Assembly (NCBI GenBank): GCA_044348125.1
Contig: JBIKTK010000001.1
Coordinates: forward strand, 1 to 34,142
Reading direction: 5' to 3'
Length of the DNA: 34,142 bases
Origin: Flavobacteriales bacterium
GTDB lineage: Bacteria; Bacteroidota; Bacteroidia; Flavobacteriales_D; Sanyastnellaceae
In this document: positions 8,777 through 18,004 of the stretch, piece after piece
How positions within the stretch are numbered: position 1 is the stretch's first letter
Layout: the number at the start of each line of letters is the position of its first letter
The notes under the pieces: model-generated
Seen by the model: only the letters and a program-made list of their open reading frames with translations
What the model was told of the DNA's origin: nothing
The model's database searches: none
Translations under genes and position numbers: made by a program

Positions 8777-9814
8777 TTACTCCCCCAACACCCTCGATTT
8801 CGCGAGGGCAGCGGGGGTGAAAGTCGGCTCGATGCGCAATGCTTCGTCGTAATCGCTCAGTGCTTCCTGGGGCTTGCCCAAGCTCTCCCGCGCCAATCCG
8901 CGGTTGTAGTAGGCCTGGTGGTAGTGGGGCAGCAAGCGGATGGCCTCAGAGAACCAATGTGCGGCGCTGTCATACGCCTGCATGTATTCCAAGAAGATGA
9001 ATCCTTGGTTGAAGGCTGCTGAGGCATTCTGGCCATCGATGTCCAGGATCTCCCGATACGCCTGCAAAGCGTCAGGGTACTGGGCAGATTCCTGCAGGTA
9101 CATGGCGAGATTGTACCGGGCCTCGATGAACCGAGGTCGGAGTTCCACCGCCGAGCGGTAGTACTCTTCCGCGAGGGGATTCTTCTGTCGGGCACAGAAA
9201 AGACCCAAACTCACAAATCCCTCATAGAAGTCCGGCTTCACTTCCACCGCCGTTTGGTAAGAACTCAAAGCCTTGTCGTTGGCGCCCGTTTCTTCATAAA
9301 TCCGGCCCTTCATCCAGTAGCACTCGTGCAACTGGTCGTTGCGTTGGAGGGCTGCGTTCAAGAAACCAAAGGCCTGCTCGTACTGCTTGAGGTGGATGGC
9401 CATTTCTGCCCTCCGCTCCAGACAGCCCGTGGCTTCCGGCGCCAAGCGGATGCAATCATCGAGCGCAGCGATGCACGCTTCGAAGTTGCGGCTTTCGTAG
9501 AAGAGGGAGGCCTTGAGTTCCCAGGCGGGAGCGTGCGCACTGTCCGCGCGCAATGCCAAATCCAAGTCCTCCATCGCCCGAGCGGGACGGCCCTGGCTTA
9601 CTTGCCAGCGCGCCCGTTCCAGGTAGCCCTCGGGGGCATCGGGTTCTGCGAGGATGCGTTCCTCGATGGCTGCCAACAAGGAATCGGCGGCGGTTACAGC
9701 TGCCGCACCGGTAGACACCGCTGGCTGGTCACACCCTGTCATCCCAACCACAGCCAAGCCCACGAACCCAGTCAGGGCGGTACGCAACCGCCCGGCACCG
9801 AATGTCCCTGCCAT
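8777..9814 (-). CDS. TPR-repeat protein, probable lipoprotein
   Basis: 345 aa. The N-terminal signal ends in a VGMTGC lipobox-like site. Multiple TPR-like A..Y/A..L repeats follow. The start lies 3 nt after the recA stop. Confidence 0.75.
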   Translation of the reverse strand: MAGTFGAGRLRTALTGFVGLAVVGMTGCDQPAVSTGAAAVTAADSLLAAIEERILAEPDAPEGYLERARWQVSQGRPARAMEDLDLALRADSAHAPAWELKASLFYESRNFEACIAALDDCIRLAPEATGCLERRAEMAIHLKQYEQAFGFLNAALQRNDQLHECYWMKGRIYEETGANDKALSSYQTAVEVKPDFYEGFVSLGLFCARQKNPLAEEYYRSAVELRPRFIEARYNLAMYLQESAQYPDALQAYREILDIDGQNASAAFNQGFIFLEYMQAYDSAAHWFSEAIRLLPHYHQAYYNRGLARESLGKPQEALSDYDEALRIEPTFTPAALAKSRVLGE

Positions 9815-9817
9815 GCG

Positions 9818-10831
9818 TCAGCCGATGGCCACCGCGACATTGCCGCCCGTGATGGCTTCCTTGATGCGGCCTTCCAGTTCGTCCGAGAGCTCCACGTTGT
9901 CTTGGAGCAACTTGCACACCGCGTCGCGGCCCTGGCCCAACTTGGTTTCGCCGTAGCTGAACCAGGAGCCGGATTTCTTGATGATGCCCAGTTCCGAACC
10001 CAGGTCCACAATCTCTCCCGTCTTGGAAATGCCCTCGCCGTAAAGGATGTCGAACTCCGCCTTGCGGAAAGGGGGCGCGACCTTGTTCTTGACCACCTTC
10101 ACCTTCGTGCGGTTGCCGAGGATGTTGTCGCCGTCCTTGATTTGGGTGGCACGCCGGATGTCCAGGCGGACCGAAGCGTAGAACTTCAACGCATTGCCGC
10201 CGGGCGTTGTCTCCGGGCTGCCAAACATCACCCCGATTTTCTCCCGGAGCTGGTTGATGAATATGCAGCAGCAACCCGTCTTGCTGATCGAAGCGGTCAG
10301 TTTGCGCAGCGCCTTCGACATGAGCCGGGCTTGCAAGCCCACGGAAGAGTCTGACATTTCGCCTTCGATTTCCGCGCGCGGCGTGAGGGCCGCCACGGAG
10401 TCGATGACAATCAGGTCGATGGCCCCCGAGCGAATGAGGTTGTCAGCGATTTCGAGCGCCTGCTCCCCGTTGTCGGGCTGGGCGATGAACAAGTTCTCCG
10501 TGTCCACCCCGAGGTTCTCGGCGTACGTTTTGTCGAAAGCGTGCTCCGCGTCGATGATGGCGCAGATGCCGCCCAACTTTTGCGCTTCGGCGATGGCGTG
10601 GATGGCCAAGGTCGTCTTGCCCGAAGATTCGGGGCCGTAAATCTCGACCACCCGACCGCGCGGGTAACCGTTGATGCCCAAGGCGAGATCCAGCGACAAG
10701 GAACCAGAAGGAATGGCGTCGAGCTTCTCCACCGCCTCGTCTCCGAGCTTCATCACCGCGCCCTTTCCGTACGTCTTGTCCAGGCGGTCCAGCGTGAGCT
10801 GGAGGGCCTTGAGTTTTTCCATGTCTGCCAT
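9818..10831 (-). CDS. recA: Recombinase RecA
   Basis: 337 aa. Contains Walker [19 protein letters not shown] and VIDSVAAL. The sequence is unmistakably RecA. Confidence 0.97.
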   Translation of the reverse strand: MADMEKLKALQLTLDRLDKTYGKGAVMKLGDEAVEKLDAIPSGSLSLDLALGINGYPRGRVVEIYGPESSGKTTLAIHAIAEAQKLGGICAIIDAEHAFDKTYAENLGVDTENLFIAQPDNGEQALEIADNLIRSGAIDLIVIDSVAALTPRAEIEGEMSDSSVGLQARLMSKALRKLTASISKTGCCCIFINQLREKIGVMFGSPETTPGGNALKFYASVRLDIRRATQIKDGDNILGNRTKVKVVKNKVAPPFRKAEFDILYGEGISKTGEIVDLGSELGIIKKSGSWFSYGETKLGQGRDAVCKLLQDNVELSDELEGRIKEAITGGNVAVAIG

Positions 10832-10958
10832 CGTTCTGTTGTTTTTTGGCGAAGGTATTCCACCCCCAACGTAATGGTTTTACGTAGTCAGGCCAAATTC
10901 ACCACCGCACGTTCCTTTTTTGCCAACGCGGCATTTCCTGCCTGTTCGCAGGACGAAT

Positions 10959-11444
10959 TTAGCCTGCAAAGGCAGACAAGACCTCCTGGGCGTGGTTTTT
11001 CGTGTCGGGTTTGTCCAACACGGCGGCGATGGTCCCGTCCGCCTCGATGAGGAAGGTGGTCCGCAGCGTGCCTTCGTACGCACGGCCCATGAACTTCTTC
11101 CAGCCCCAGACGCCGAAGTCGCGGTGCATCTTTTGTTCGGTGTCCGCACCCAGGTCGAAGCGAAGTCCGTGCTTGTCAATGAATTTCACATGGGATTTGA
11201 CCGGGTCGGGGCTCACCCCCAGCACTGCGATGCCCGCCGCCCGCAGCGCGTCGTAGCCGTCGTTGAGACTGCAGGCCTGCGCCGTGCAGCCCGGCGTGGC
11301 GTCCTTGGGGTAGAAGTAAATCGCCAACCGGTGGCCAGCATAGTCCGCTTTGCTGCGCACGGAGCCGTCTTGGATGGTGATGGAAAAGTCGGGACAGGCC
11401 GTGCCCACAGCGGGCATGGGCAGGGGAGGATGGGCTTCGCTCAT
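10959..11444 (-). CDS. bcp: Thioredoxin-dependent thiol peroxidase (Bcp/PrxQ peroxiredoxin)
   Basis: Start placed at MSEAHPPL. The active site is FYPKDATPGCTAQAC, with peroxidatic and resolving Cys 5 residues apart. Confidence 0.85.
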   Translation of the reverse strand: MSEAHPPLPMPAVGTACPDFSITIQDGSVRSKADYAGHRLAIYFYPKDATPGCTAQACSLNDGYDALRAAGIAVLGVSPDPVKSHVKFIDKHGLRFDLGADTEQKMHRDFGVWGWKKFMGRAYEGTLRTTFLIEADGTIAAVLDKPDTKNHAQEVLSAFAG

Positions 11445-11525
11445 GGAGGTCGATTTGTGGAAAAGTAACCGCTCACAGCGCCGGAGGTTCACGGCGGGGG
11501 CAGTGATTTTTCGGTTTTTTCAGGC

Positions 11526-11533
11526 CAAATTTA
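11526..11533 (-). promoter_or_regulatory. -7 box TAAATTTG (minus strand) upstream of bcp
   Basis: Perfect TAnnTTTG match in the bcp/priA divergent gap, 82 nt upstream of the bcp ATG. It is part of a longer motif shared with the recA upstream region. A second candidate with one mismatch (TACTTTTC) lies closer to the ATG. Confidence 0.35.
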
Positions 11534-11537
11534 CCGC

Positions 11538-14090
11538 ATGCACGCTGCCGCGGGATTTGTGGATGTTGCGGTGACTTTGGCCATCCCCAACTTGCTGACC
11601 TTCAGTTTGGAGGGAATTGACGTGCCGGTGGCGCCTGGCATGCGGGTGGTCGTTCAGGTCGGAGCGAGGCGGCTGTACACGGGGGTGGTTTGGCGGGTCC
11701 ATGGGGTGGCGCCGTCGGATTATGCGGTGCGGCCGGTGGAGGCCGTGGTGGACGACGAGCCGGTGCTCACGCCCGGCCAGATGGCCCTGTTCGACTGGAT
11801 GGCAGCCTACTATCTGTGCACCCGCGGGGAGGTGTTGGCGGCGGCACTCCCGTCGGGTCTCAAGTTGACGAGCGAGACCCGGCTGGTGCTGCATCCCCGG
11901 TGGGCCCAGGGAGGCCGGGCGGAAGGGGCGGGTCTTGGGGAAGGGGAGCGCCGGGTGTTGGAGGCGCTGTCGCTCCGGGAGGGCCTGTCGATGAAGGAGG
12001 TGGCGACGTTGCTCGGGGTGGTGCACCCCCAGCGCGTGGTGAACCGGCTGCTCCAGGGGGACTGGGTGATGACGGAGGAGGAGGTGAAGTCGCGGTGGCG
12101 GCCCGAGGTCGAGCGCTGGGTGGTTCCTGGGGCGGACTGGCCGCCGACGGAGGAGGGGCTCGGGGACTTGCTCGATGGGTTGGGCCGGCGTTCGCCTCGG
12201 CAGGCGGCGTTGGTCATGGGGTACCTGCAGGCGGCCTGGGCGGCGGGGGAGCCGGGGCGGGTCGGGGGGTCGGGGGAGGCGGGGCGGGTCGGGGTCCTGG
12301 AGAAGGACCTGCTCGCGGCGACGGGCTGCAGTCGGGCCATTCTGCGCACCTTGGTCGACCGCGGCCTGTTCCAGACCGAGGAGCGGTTGAAGGACCGTTG
12401 GGCCGCGGGGGCGGAGCGCCTGCCGGCGTCGTGGAAGCCGGCCCCCCTTCCCCAGTTGAGCCCGGCCCAGGTCGACGCCCTGCAAGCCCTGCGGGCCGCC
12501 GCGCCCGGACCCGCTTTGCTCCACGGCGTCACCGGGTCCGGCAAGACCGAAGTGTTCATCCATCTGATGGCCGATGCCTTGGAGCGCGGCGGCCAGGTGC
12601 TCCTCTTGGTTCCTGAAATCGCCTTGACGACCCAGTTGATCGGGCGATTGGGCTTGTACTTTGCACCGTATTTGGCCGTTTACCACAGCCGGTTCAACAC
12701 CCGGGAACGGACCGAGACCTACCTCGATGTGTTGCGCGGGGGAAGCCAAGGGAGCACGAGGGGGCGGTTGGTCGTGGGCCCGCGCTCTGCGGTGTTGCTG
12801 CCTTTGGCGGATTTGGCCTTGGTGATCGTGGACGAGGAGCACGAGCCGAGTTACAAGCAACAGGATCCAGCGCCGCGTTACCAAGCGCGGGATGTGGCGG
12901 TCTGGCTCGCCCGGCAGCAGGATGCGCCGGTGGTCCTCGCCTCGGCCACCCCGTCGCTGGAATCCGAGTGGAATGTGCGGCAGGGACGCTTTCAACGGGT
13001 TTCCTTGTTGGAGCGGTTCGGGGGAGCCCGGTTGCCGACCATCGAGACGGTGGACCTGCGACAGGCCATGCGGGAACGGTCCATGCAGGGCCACTTGACC
13101 CTTCCCTTGCAGCGGGCCATGGAAGCCACGCTCGCCCAGGGCAAACAGGTGATGCTTTTTCAAAACCGGCGGGGTTATGCGCCCATGTGGCTCTGCGGGA
13201 CCTGCGGATGGGTGCCCGAATGTCCCCGTTGCGATGTGGCGCTCACCCACCACAAGGTCCGGGGCCAGCTCAATTGTCACCACTGCGGTTACCAACTGGT
13301 TCCCCCACCGCCAGCCTGCGCACGTTGTGGGGCGGACGCCATGCGGAGCCAGGGTCTGGGCACGCAGCGTTTGGAGGAAGAAGTTGCGGAGCGGTTTCCC
13401 GATGCGCGGGTGGCCCGCATGGACCTGGACTCGACCCGCAGCCGGGAGGCCCATGGTCGACTCGTTGCCGACTTTGCTCGTCAGGCGTATGACATCTTGG
13501 TGGGCACGCAAATGATCACCAAGGGCCTTGATTTTGCCCACGTGGGTTTGGTTGGGGTCCTCGGTGCGGACCGTTTGCTCAACTTCCCGGACTTCCGGTC
13601 CTTTGAACGGGCCTATGCCATGCTCACCCAGGTCGCGGGCCGCGCGGGTAGGAGGGGCGATCCCAGCGCTTCAGGACGGGTCCTCCTCCAAACGTTTGCC
13701 CCTGATCACTGGGTTTTGGGTTTTGTCCAGCGACAAGACCATGCAGGATTCGTGAATCGGGAAATGGCAGATCGGGAAAGCCACCACATGCCGCCTTTCA
13801 GTCGAATGATTCGACTCACCCTTCGTTACATCGATGCTGAGCTGGTGCAAGAAGCGGCCCATGCCTTGGCCCACCGCCTGCGCCAGCGATTTGGAGAACG
13901 GGTTCTTGGGCCCGAAACGCCTGCCATCGCCCGGGTGAATGACCTGCATCACCAAGTCGTGTTGTTGAACTTTGAGCGCAGTCTTTCGCCCACCCGCTAC
14001 AAACCCCTGTTGCTTGAGGATGTTCGGGCCCTGGGTCAGGATGCCCGGTGGAAGCGCGTGCGGGTCATCGTGGATGTAGATCCTTACTGA
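11538..14090 (+). CDS. priA: Primosomal protein N' (replication restart helicase PriA)
   Basis: 850 aa. Contains Walker A GVTGSGKTEV and DEEH box VIVDEEHE. Also has the Cys-rich zinc region CGTCGWVPECPRCDVALTHH...CHHCGY...CARCG. Confidence 0.9.
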   Translation: MHAAAGFVDVAVTLAIPNLLTFSLEGIDVPVAPGMRVVVQVGARRLYTGVVWRVHGVAPSDYAVRPVEAVVDDEPVLTPGQMALFDWMAAYYLCTRGEVLAAALPSGLKLTSETRLVLHPRWAQGGRAEGAGLGEGERRVLEALSLREGLSMKEVATLLGVVHPQRVVNRLLQGDWVMTEEEVKSRWRPEVERWVVPGADWPPTEEGLGDLLDGLGRRSPRQAALVMGYLQAAWAAGEPGRVGGSGEAGRVGVLEKDLLAATGCSRAILRTLVDRGLFQTEERLKDRWAAGAERLPASWKPAPLPQLSPAQVDALQALRAAAPGPALLHGVTGSGKTEVFIHLMADALERGGQVLLLVPEIALTTQLIGRLGLYFAPYLAVYHSRFNTRERTETYLDVLRGGSQGSTRGRLVVGPRSAVLLPLADLALVIVDEEHEPSYKQQDPAPRYQARDVAVWLARQQDAPVVLASATPSLESEWNVRQGRFQRVSLLERFGGARLPTIETVDLRQAMRERSMQGHLTLPLQRAMEATLAQGKQVMLFQNRRGYAPMWLCGTCGWVPECPRCDVALTHHKVRGQLNCHHCGYQLVPPPPACARCGADAMRSQGLGTQRLEEEVAERFPDARVARMDLDSTRSREAHGRLVADFARQAYDILVGTQMITKGLDFAHVGLVGVLGADRLLNFPDFRSFERAYAMLTQVAGRAGRRGDPSASGRVLLQTFAPDHWVLGFVQRQDHAGFVNREMADRESHHMPPFSRMIRLTLRYIDAELVQEAAHALAHRLRQRFGERVLGPETPAIARVNDLHHQVVLLNFERSLSPTRYKPLLLEDVRALGQDARWKRVRVIVDVDPY

Positions 14091-15151
14091 AGCAGGCTCC
14101 GATGCACCGACCCGTCCGGTGCTTGAACCCAACCCACCCAACCCCAAGTCGGCTGTGCTGCAGGCAGCATCAAGTGACCTCGGTCCATGCAAACGGTGCC
14201 CGCAGGCAGGGACCATTCGGTTGTGGCCACACACCGCCCGTCCAGTGCATAGGCACGGAAAGTCCAAGTTCCCGGCATCGGACCCTCCAAGGTCAATGCG
14301 TTTCCCGTCCAGCGGACCGTGGTGGGCCCTGGCGTTGGGGCCGTTCCGATGGCGTTGGTCTCCGGTGCGAAGCCATGCCAGGTAACCACATCGTTTCCTG
14401 AATTGGCCACCCCCAAGGTATCCAAGGCGAGGGCATAAGAAATGTCCGCGGGAGAGGCGAGCCCACTGGAAACCACCGTTTCTTGCAAGTTGAAATCGTT
14501 GGAGAAGCGGGTGATGCGCGCCGGGGACCAGGAGGACACATAAAAATTGCCCTCCAAGTCGATGTCGATGCCATCGAGGTTGCCCAAGCCCGTGCCATCG
14601 ACGAGGGTGGTCACGGCCCCCGTCTCCAAATCCACCCCGAAGATGTCTGCATTGGACCCCCAAGAAACGACCACGGCCCGACCGGCCGCAGGTTCGACCA
14701 CCACCCCATTGGGCGAACCCGGCAAGGTGGCCAACAAGGTCGCCACCATGGCCCCAGGGTTCGAAACGTCGATGCGGTGGATGCGCCCGTTTCCGAAGTC
14801 GCTGACCACCACCCCGCCGGGCATGCTGCCCATCCCGTTCAGGAAGGTCGCCCCCGGAATCACCAGCGATCCCAGCAGCGTCCCGTCCGTGAGTTCGTAT
14901 GCCCGGATCACATTGTTCCCGATGGCGACCAACATCCCATCCACCGCCTCCATGCCGTGCGAGGCTTGGGCCGAACCGAGGTAGGTGTAGGCGCCGCCCG
15001 GTCCATCCGTCGCCAGGAGCGAACTGCCGTTGGAAACCAGCCAGCGGTCACCCAATGGATCGTATTCGACGGCTTCGATGGCGGTCGGGGTTTGGGCTGC
15101 GAGCCAGCAGGGAAGCAGGCCCATGGCCAGCCAGAAAGGGCGAAGGTTCAT
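14084..15151 (-). CDS. Secreted beta-propeller protein (SMP-30/gluconolactonase/LRE-like or NHL-like), possibly with a T9SS C-terminal domain
   Basis: Start placed at MNLRPFWLAMGLLPCWLAAQ (signal peptide). Contains repeated propeller-blade-like segments such as GMLVAIGNNVIRAY, GGVVVSDFGNGRIHRID and LEGNFYVSSWSPARITRF. The roughly 80-aa C-terminal beta-rich tail is only weakly T9SS-like. Confidence 0.55.
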   Translation of the reverse strand: MNLRPFWLAMGLLPCWLAAQTPTAIEAVEYDPLGDRWLVSNGSSLLATDGPGGAYTYLGSAQASHGMEAVDGMLVAIGNNVIRAYELTDGTLLGSLVIPGATFLNGMGSMPGGVVVSDFGNGRIHRIDVSNPGAMVATLLATLPGSPNGVVVEPAAGRAVVVSWGSNADIFGVDLETGAVTTLVDGTGLGNLDGIDIDLEGNFYVSSWSPARITRFSNDFNLQETVVSSGLASPADISYALALDTLGVANSGNDVVTWHGFAPETNAIGTAPTPGPTTVRWTGNALTLEGPMPGTWTFRAYALDGRCVATTEWSLPAGTVCMDRGHLMLPAAQPTWGWVGWVQAPDGSVHRSLLQ

Positions 15152-15180
15152 GCCCGAAAGGTACGCCGGAGAAACCCGGC

Positions 15181-15858
15181 TCAACCCCGATCGCCGAAAA
15201 GGGCACTGCCCACCCGGATGAGGGTGGAGCCTTCCTCCACGGCGAGCTCCCAGTCCCCGCTCATGCCCATGGAGAGGGTGTCCCAGCCGGCATGGGGTTG
15301 GAGGTCGGTGAAGAGGGTGCGCAGGAGCCGGAACTCGCGCCGAATTTGGGTGCGGTCGTCCGTGAAGGTGGCCATGCCCATGAGGCCCCGAACGTGGACG
15401 CCGGGGTACCGCTCGGCCGCGCCGTCGCCCCAGAACCGGCGCAGCGCGTCGGGCTCCCAGCCGAACTTCTCCGCTTCCTGGGCGATGTGGACCTGGAGCA
15501 GGACCGAGGTCGGTGTGCCCCGTTCGAGCGCGCGCCGGTTCACCTCCGCCAGCACCTTTTCGGTGTCCACCCCGTGGATGAGGTGGGCCCAGGGGAGCAG
15601 CGCCTTCACCTTGTTCGTTTGGAGGTGGCCGATGTGGTGCAGGCGGGCGTCCTCCGGCAACTGCGGCGCTTTGTCGAGCAACTCCTGCACCCGGTTTTCG
15701 CCGAAGTCGCGCTGGCCTGCCGCATACGCCGCGCGCAGGTCCTCGATGGGCCGGGTTTTGCTTACCGCCACCAGCGTGACCCCAGCAGGCAAACGCTTCC
15801 GCAGGGCATCCAAGCGCGCGGCGATCCGCTCCCCGCGCTCGGTTCCGGGCTCAGCCAT
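15181..15858 (-). CDS. yggS: YggS-family pyridoxal-phosphate homeostasis protein
   Basis: Start placed at MAEPGTERG (ATG 15858). Contains VAVSKT (PLP lysine), FGENRVQE, HHIGHLQTNK and LSMGMSGD. The start overlaps the DUF1015 stop by 8 nt. Confidence 0.85.
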   Translation of the reverse strand: MAEPGTERGERIAARLDALRKRLPAGVTLVAVSKTRPIEDLRAAYAAGQRDFGENRVQELLDKAPQLPEDARLHHIGHLQTNKVKALLPWAHLIHGVDTEKVLAEVNRRALERGTPTSVLLQVHIAQEAEKFGWEPDALRRFWGDGAAERYPGVHVRGLMGMATFTDDRTQIRREFRLLRTLFTDLQPHAGWDTLSMGMSGDWELAVEEGSTLIRVGSALFGDRG

Positions 15859-17020
15859 GGAGGTGGAGGAACATCCCGCTCCGGAGTTTGGGTTCGATCC
15901 AGGTGCTCTTGGGCGGAAACGTGCCGTGGGCATCTGCGATGGATTTGATTTGGCCTGTAGGCACGGGATGCAGTTCGAAGAACGTCCAATCCGGCTCCGC
16001 TTGCGCGTGCTTGCCCAATGACGCCCGGTCTTCGGTACCTGCCAGGTACCGCATCCGCTGGTCGTTGCGGGTGTCCGCCACCCCGAAAACATCGGCGAGG
16101 ACCGCAGTTTCCAGCCACGCCGCATCCACCCGTTGCTCATCCCGCCCTTGGAGCCGAATGCGCCAGCGGCCCGTGGCATGCAACACACCGATTTCTCCGA
16201 AGGCCAAATCCTCCTCCCCCAAGGGCACCACCTCCGCCACATCGTCCCGGGCGGCCAAACGCTCCAGCCATTCCGACGGCGACAAACTGCCCCCCGCCAC
16301 CGCCCGGTGGTAGGCCCGCACCACCAGTTCCTCCTCGGGAATGATGTAAGCCAGCAGCCCGTCGGCCTCCGCTACCTGCAGGGTCGACGCCACCCGGTGG
16401 TGACCGTCTGCGAGGTACAAGGCCGGCAACTCCGCGAGCCCCTCAGCGAAGGCCTCCGAAGTCCGGGGTCCGCAAAGCCAAACCGTGTGCCGCACGCGGT
16501 CCGCTGTGGTGAAGTCCCAATCCGGGCGCTGCGCCTCGATGACCCGCAACCCCGCATCCAGAGCCGCGTTGGGCGCCGCGCCCGCAGGCCGGGCCACCAG
16601 GACCGGTTCCGCCTGGCATCCGACGACCGACAGGTACCGGGCAAAAACGGCCTCCCGGGCCTCCAAAGTCTTCTCATGCAACCGCAGCATCCCATCCTCC
16701 ACCGCCTGCCGGTCGAGCAGGACCACCCAACCCGTGCAACGATACGATTCGGTTTCTTGGCGGTACACCGCCACCCCCGGTTGCCCCGCTGCGACAATCC
16801 AGCCCCGGTCCAGGAAGCTCCCCAGCGCTTTCCGCACCGACTGCGGCTCCACCGACCCCACCGCTCCCTCCGGATGAATCACGTGCAGGTACGAAAACGG
16901 GTTGCGCTGGAGCTTGTCCTCCAGTTCCTCCGGGGAATACGTCAGGTACGACCGCGAGGCCACCAAATGGACCTTGTCCGCAGCCGGGTGGAGCAACCGA
17001 AAAGACCGGACCCGTGCCAT
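15851..17020 (-). CDS. DUF1015 domain protein
   Basis: Contains RNPFSYLHVIHPE and the LADGHHR motif. ATG 17020 shares one nt with the serA stop (TGATG). It occupies the conserved position next to serA/serC. Confidence 0.8.
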   Translation of the reverse strand: MARVRSFRLLHPAADKVHLVASRSYLTYSPEELEDKLQRNPFSYLHVIHPEGAVGSVEPQSVRKALGSFLDRGWIVAAGQPGVAVYRQETESYRCTGWVVLLDRQAVEDGMLRLHEKTLEAREAVFARYLSVVGCQAEPVLVARPAGAAPNAALDAGLRVIEAQRPDWDFTTADRVRHTVWLCGPRTSEAFAEGLAELPALYLADGHHRVASTLQVAEADGLLAYIIPEEELVVRAYHRAVAGGSLSPSEWLERLAARDDVAEVVPLGEEDLAFGEIGVLHATGRWRIRLQGRDEQRVDAAWLETAVLADVFGVADTRNDQRMRYLAGTEDRASLGKHAQAEPDWTFFELHPVPTGQIKSIADAHGTFPPKSTWIEPKLRSGMFLHLHG

Positions 17021-17994
17021 CAACTGCGTGCGGCGAAACCCGCGATGATCTCGGCCAATTCCTCCCCAATCCGGTCCTGGGCTTCCCGCGTGGCCGCTCC
17101 CGTGTGCGGCGTCAGGGAGACGCGCGGGTGTACCAACAAATCCGCTCGGGGCGTGGGCTCGTTCGCAAAGACATCCAGTCCCGCCGCCCGGACCTTGCCC
17201 GCGTCGAGCGCGGCCAGCAGGGCATCCTCATCCACCACCCCGCCGCGGGCCGCGTTCACCAGCAGCACCCCGTCCCGCATCTGCGCGAACTCGGCCGCCC
17301 CCAGCACCGGTGCCCCCGACGACTGCGCCGGAACATGCAACGACAGCGCATCCGCACGACCCAACGCCTCCACCAACGTCACCACCGGCACCGGCACCGG
17401 CACCCGCTGACCCCCCACCGTGCACACCACCTCCACGTGGCTCCCCGAGTTCCCCCGGCCTGAGTCCACCGCCAGCACCTCCATCCCGCAGCCCAGTGCA
17501 TAGCGGGCCAGCGCCTGACCGATGCGCCCAAATCCCACCACTGCCAGCGTCTTCCCGGCCAGCTCCGTCCCTGCGCCGTACGCCTTCTTGAGCGCGTTGA
17601 ACTGCGCCGCCTCATGCGCCCCCGGCATCTTGCGGTTGCTGTCGTGCAGGAAACGCGCCATCCCAAACAGATGCCCCATCACCAGTTCCGCCACGCTTTG
17701 CGAACTCGCGGCCGGCGTGTTGAAAACCTCGATGCCTTGCGACCGGGCAAACGCCACATCGATGTTGTCCGTGCCCACGCCCCCCCGTCCGATGTAGCGC
17801 AGGCCGGGGCACGCGGCGATGAGCGGCTCCCGCACCTGGGTCGCGCTGCGAACCAGCAGGCATTCCACCCCGTTTTCTTGGATGAACGAGGCCAAACCAG
17901 CCGCAGCAACGGCTTCGGTCCATACCGCATGCCCAGCAGACTGCAGGGCTTTCAACCCCGCGGGGCTGATTCCGTCGTTGGCGAGAATGTTCAT
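17020..17994 (-). CDS. serA: D-3-phosphoglycerate dehydrogenase, short form without an ACT domain (D-2-hydroxyacid dehydrogenase family)
   Basis: 324 aa. The NAD-binding motif is VGFGRIGQ, and LVNAARGG and TPHTGAAT are present. Adjacent to serC. Confidence 0.8.
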   Translation of the reverse strand: MNILANDGISPAGLKALQSAGHAVWTEAVAAAGLASFIQENGVECLLVRSATQVREPLIAACPGLRYIGRGGVGTDNIDVAFARSQGIEVFNTPAASSQSVAELVMGHLFGMARFLHDSNRKMPGAHEAAQFNALKKAYGAGTELAGKTLAVVGFGRIGQALARYALGCGMEVLAVDSGRGNSGSHVEVVCTVGGQRVPVPVPVVTLVEALGRADALSLHVPAQSSGAPVLGAAEFAQMRDGVLLVNAARGGVVDEDALLAALDAGKVRAAGLDVFANEPTPRADLLVHPRVSLTPHTGAATREAQDRIGEELAEIIAGFAARS

Positions 17995-18004
17995 GTGCTT
18001 GCGA

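Noticed and set aside
11520-13541. 673-aa minus-strand ORF
   Set aside because: It lies antisense to priA, which has Walker A, DEEH and zinc-finger motifs. It is a low-complexity R/P/G/L translation.
15859-16242. N-terminal extension of the yggS ORF (track ORF 15181..16242)
   Set aside because: The YggS homology begins at MAEPGTERG (ATG 15858). The upstream 128 codons overlap the DUF1015 gene in another frame and look like noise (W/R/C/G-rich).
14483-17410. Plus-strand ORFs of 512 aa (14483..16021) and 425 aa (16133..17410)
   Set aside because: They lie antisense to the beta-propeller, yggS, DUF1015 and serA genes. Their composition is typical of off-frame GC-rich translation.
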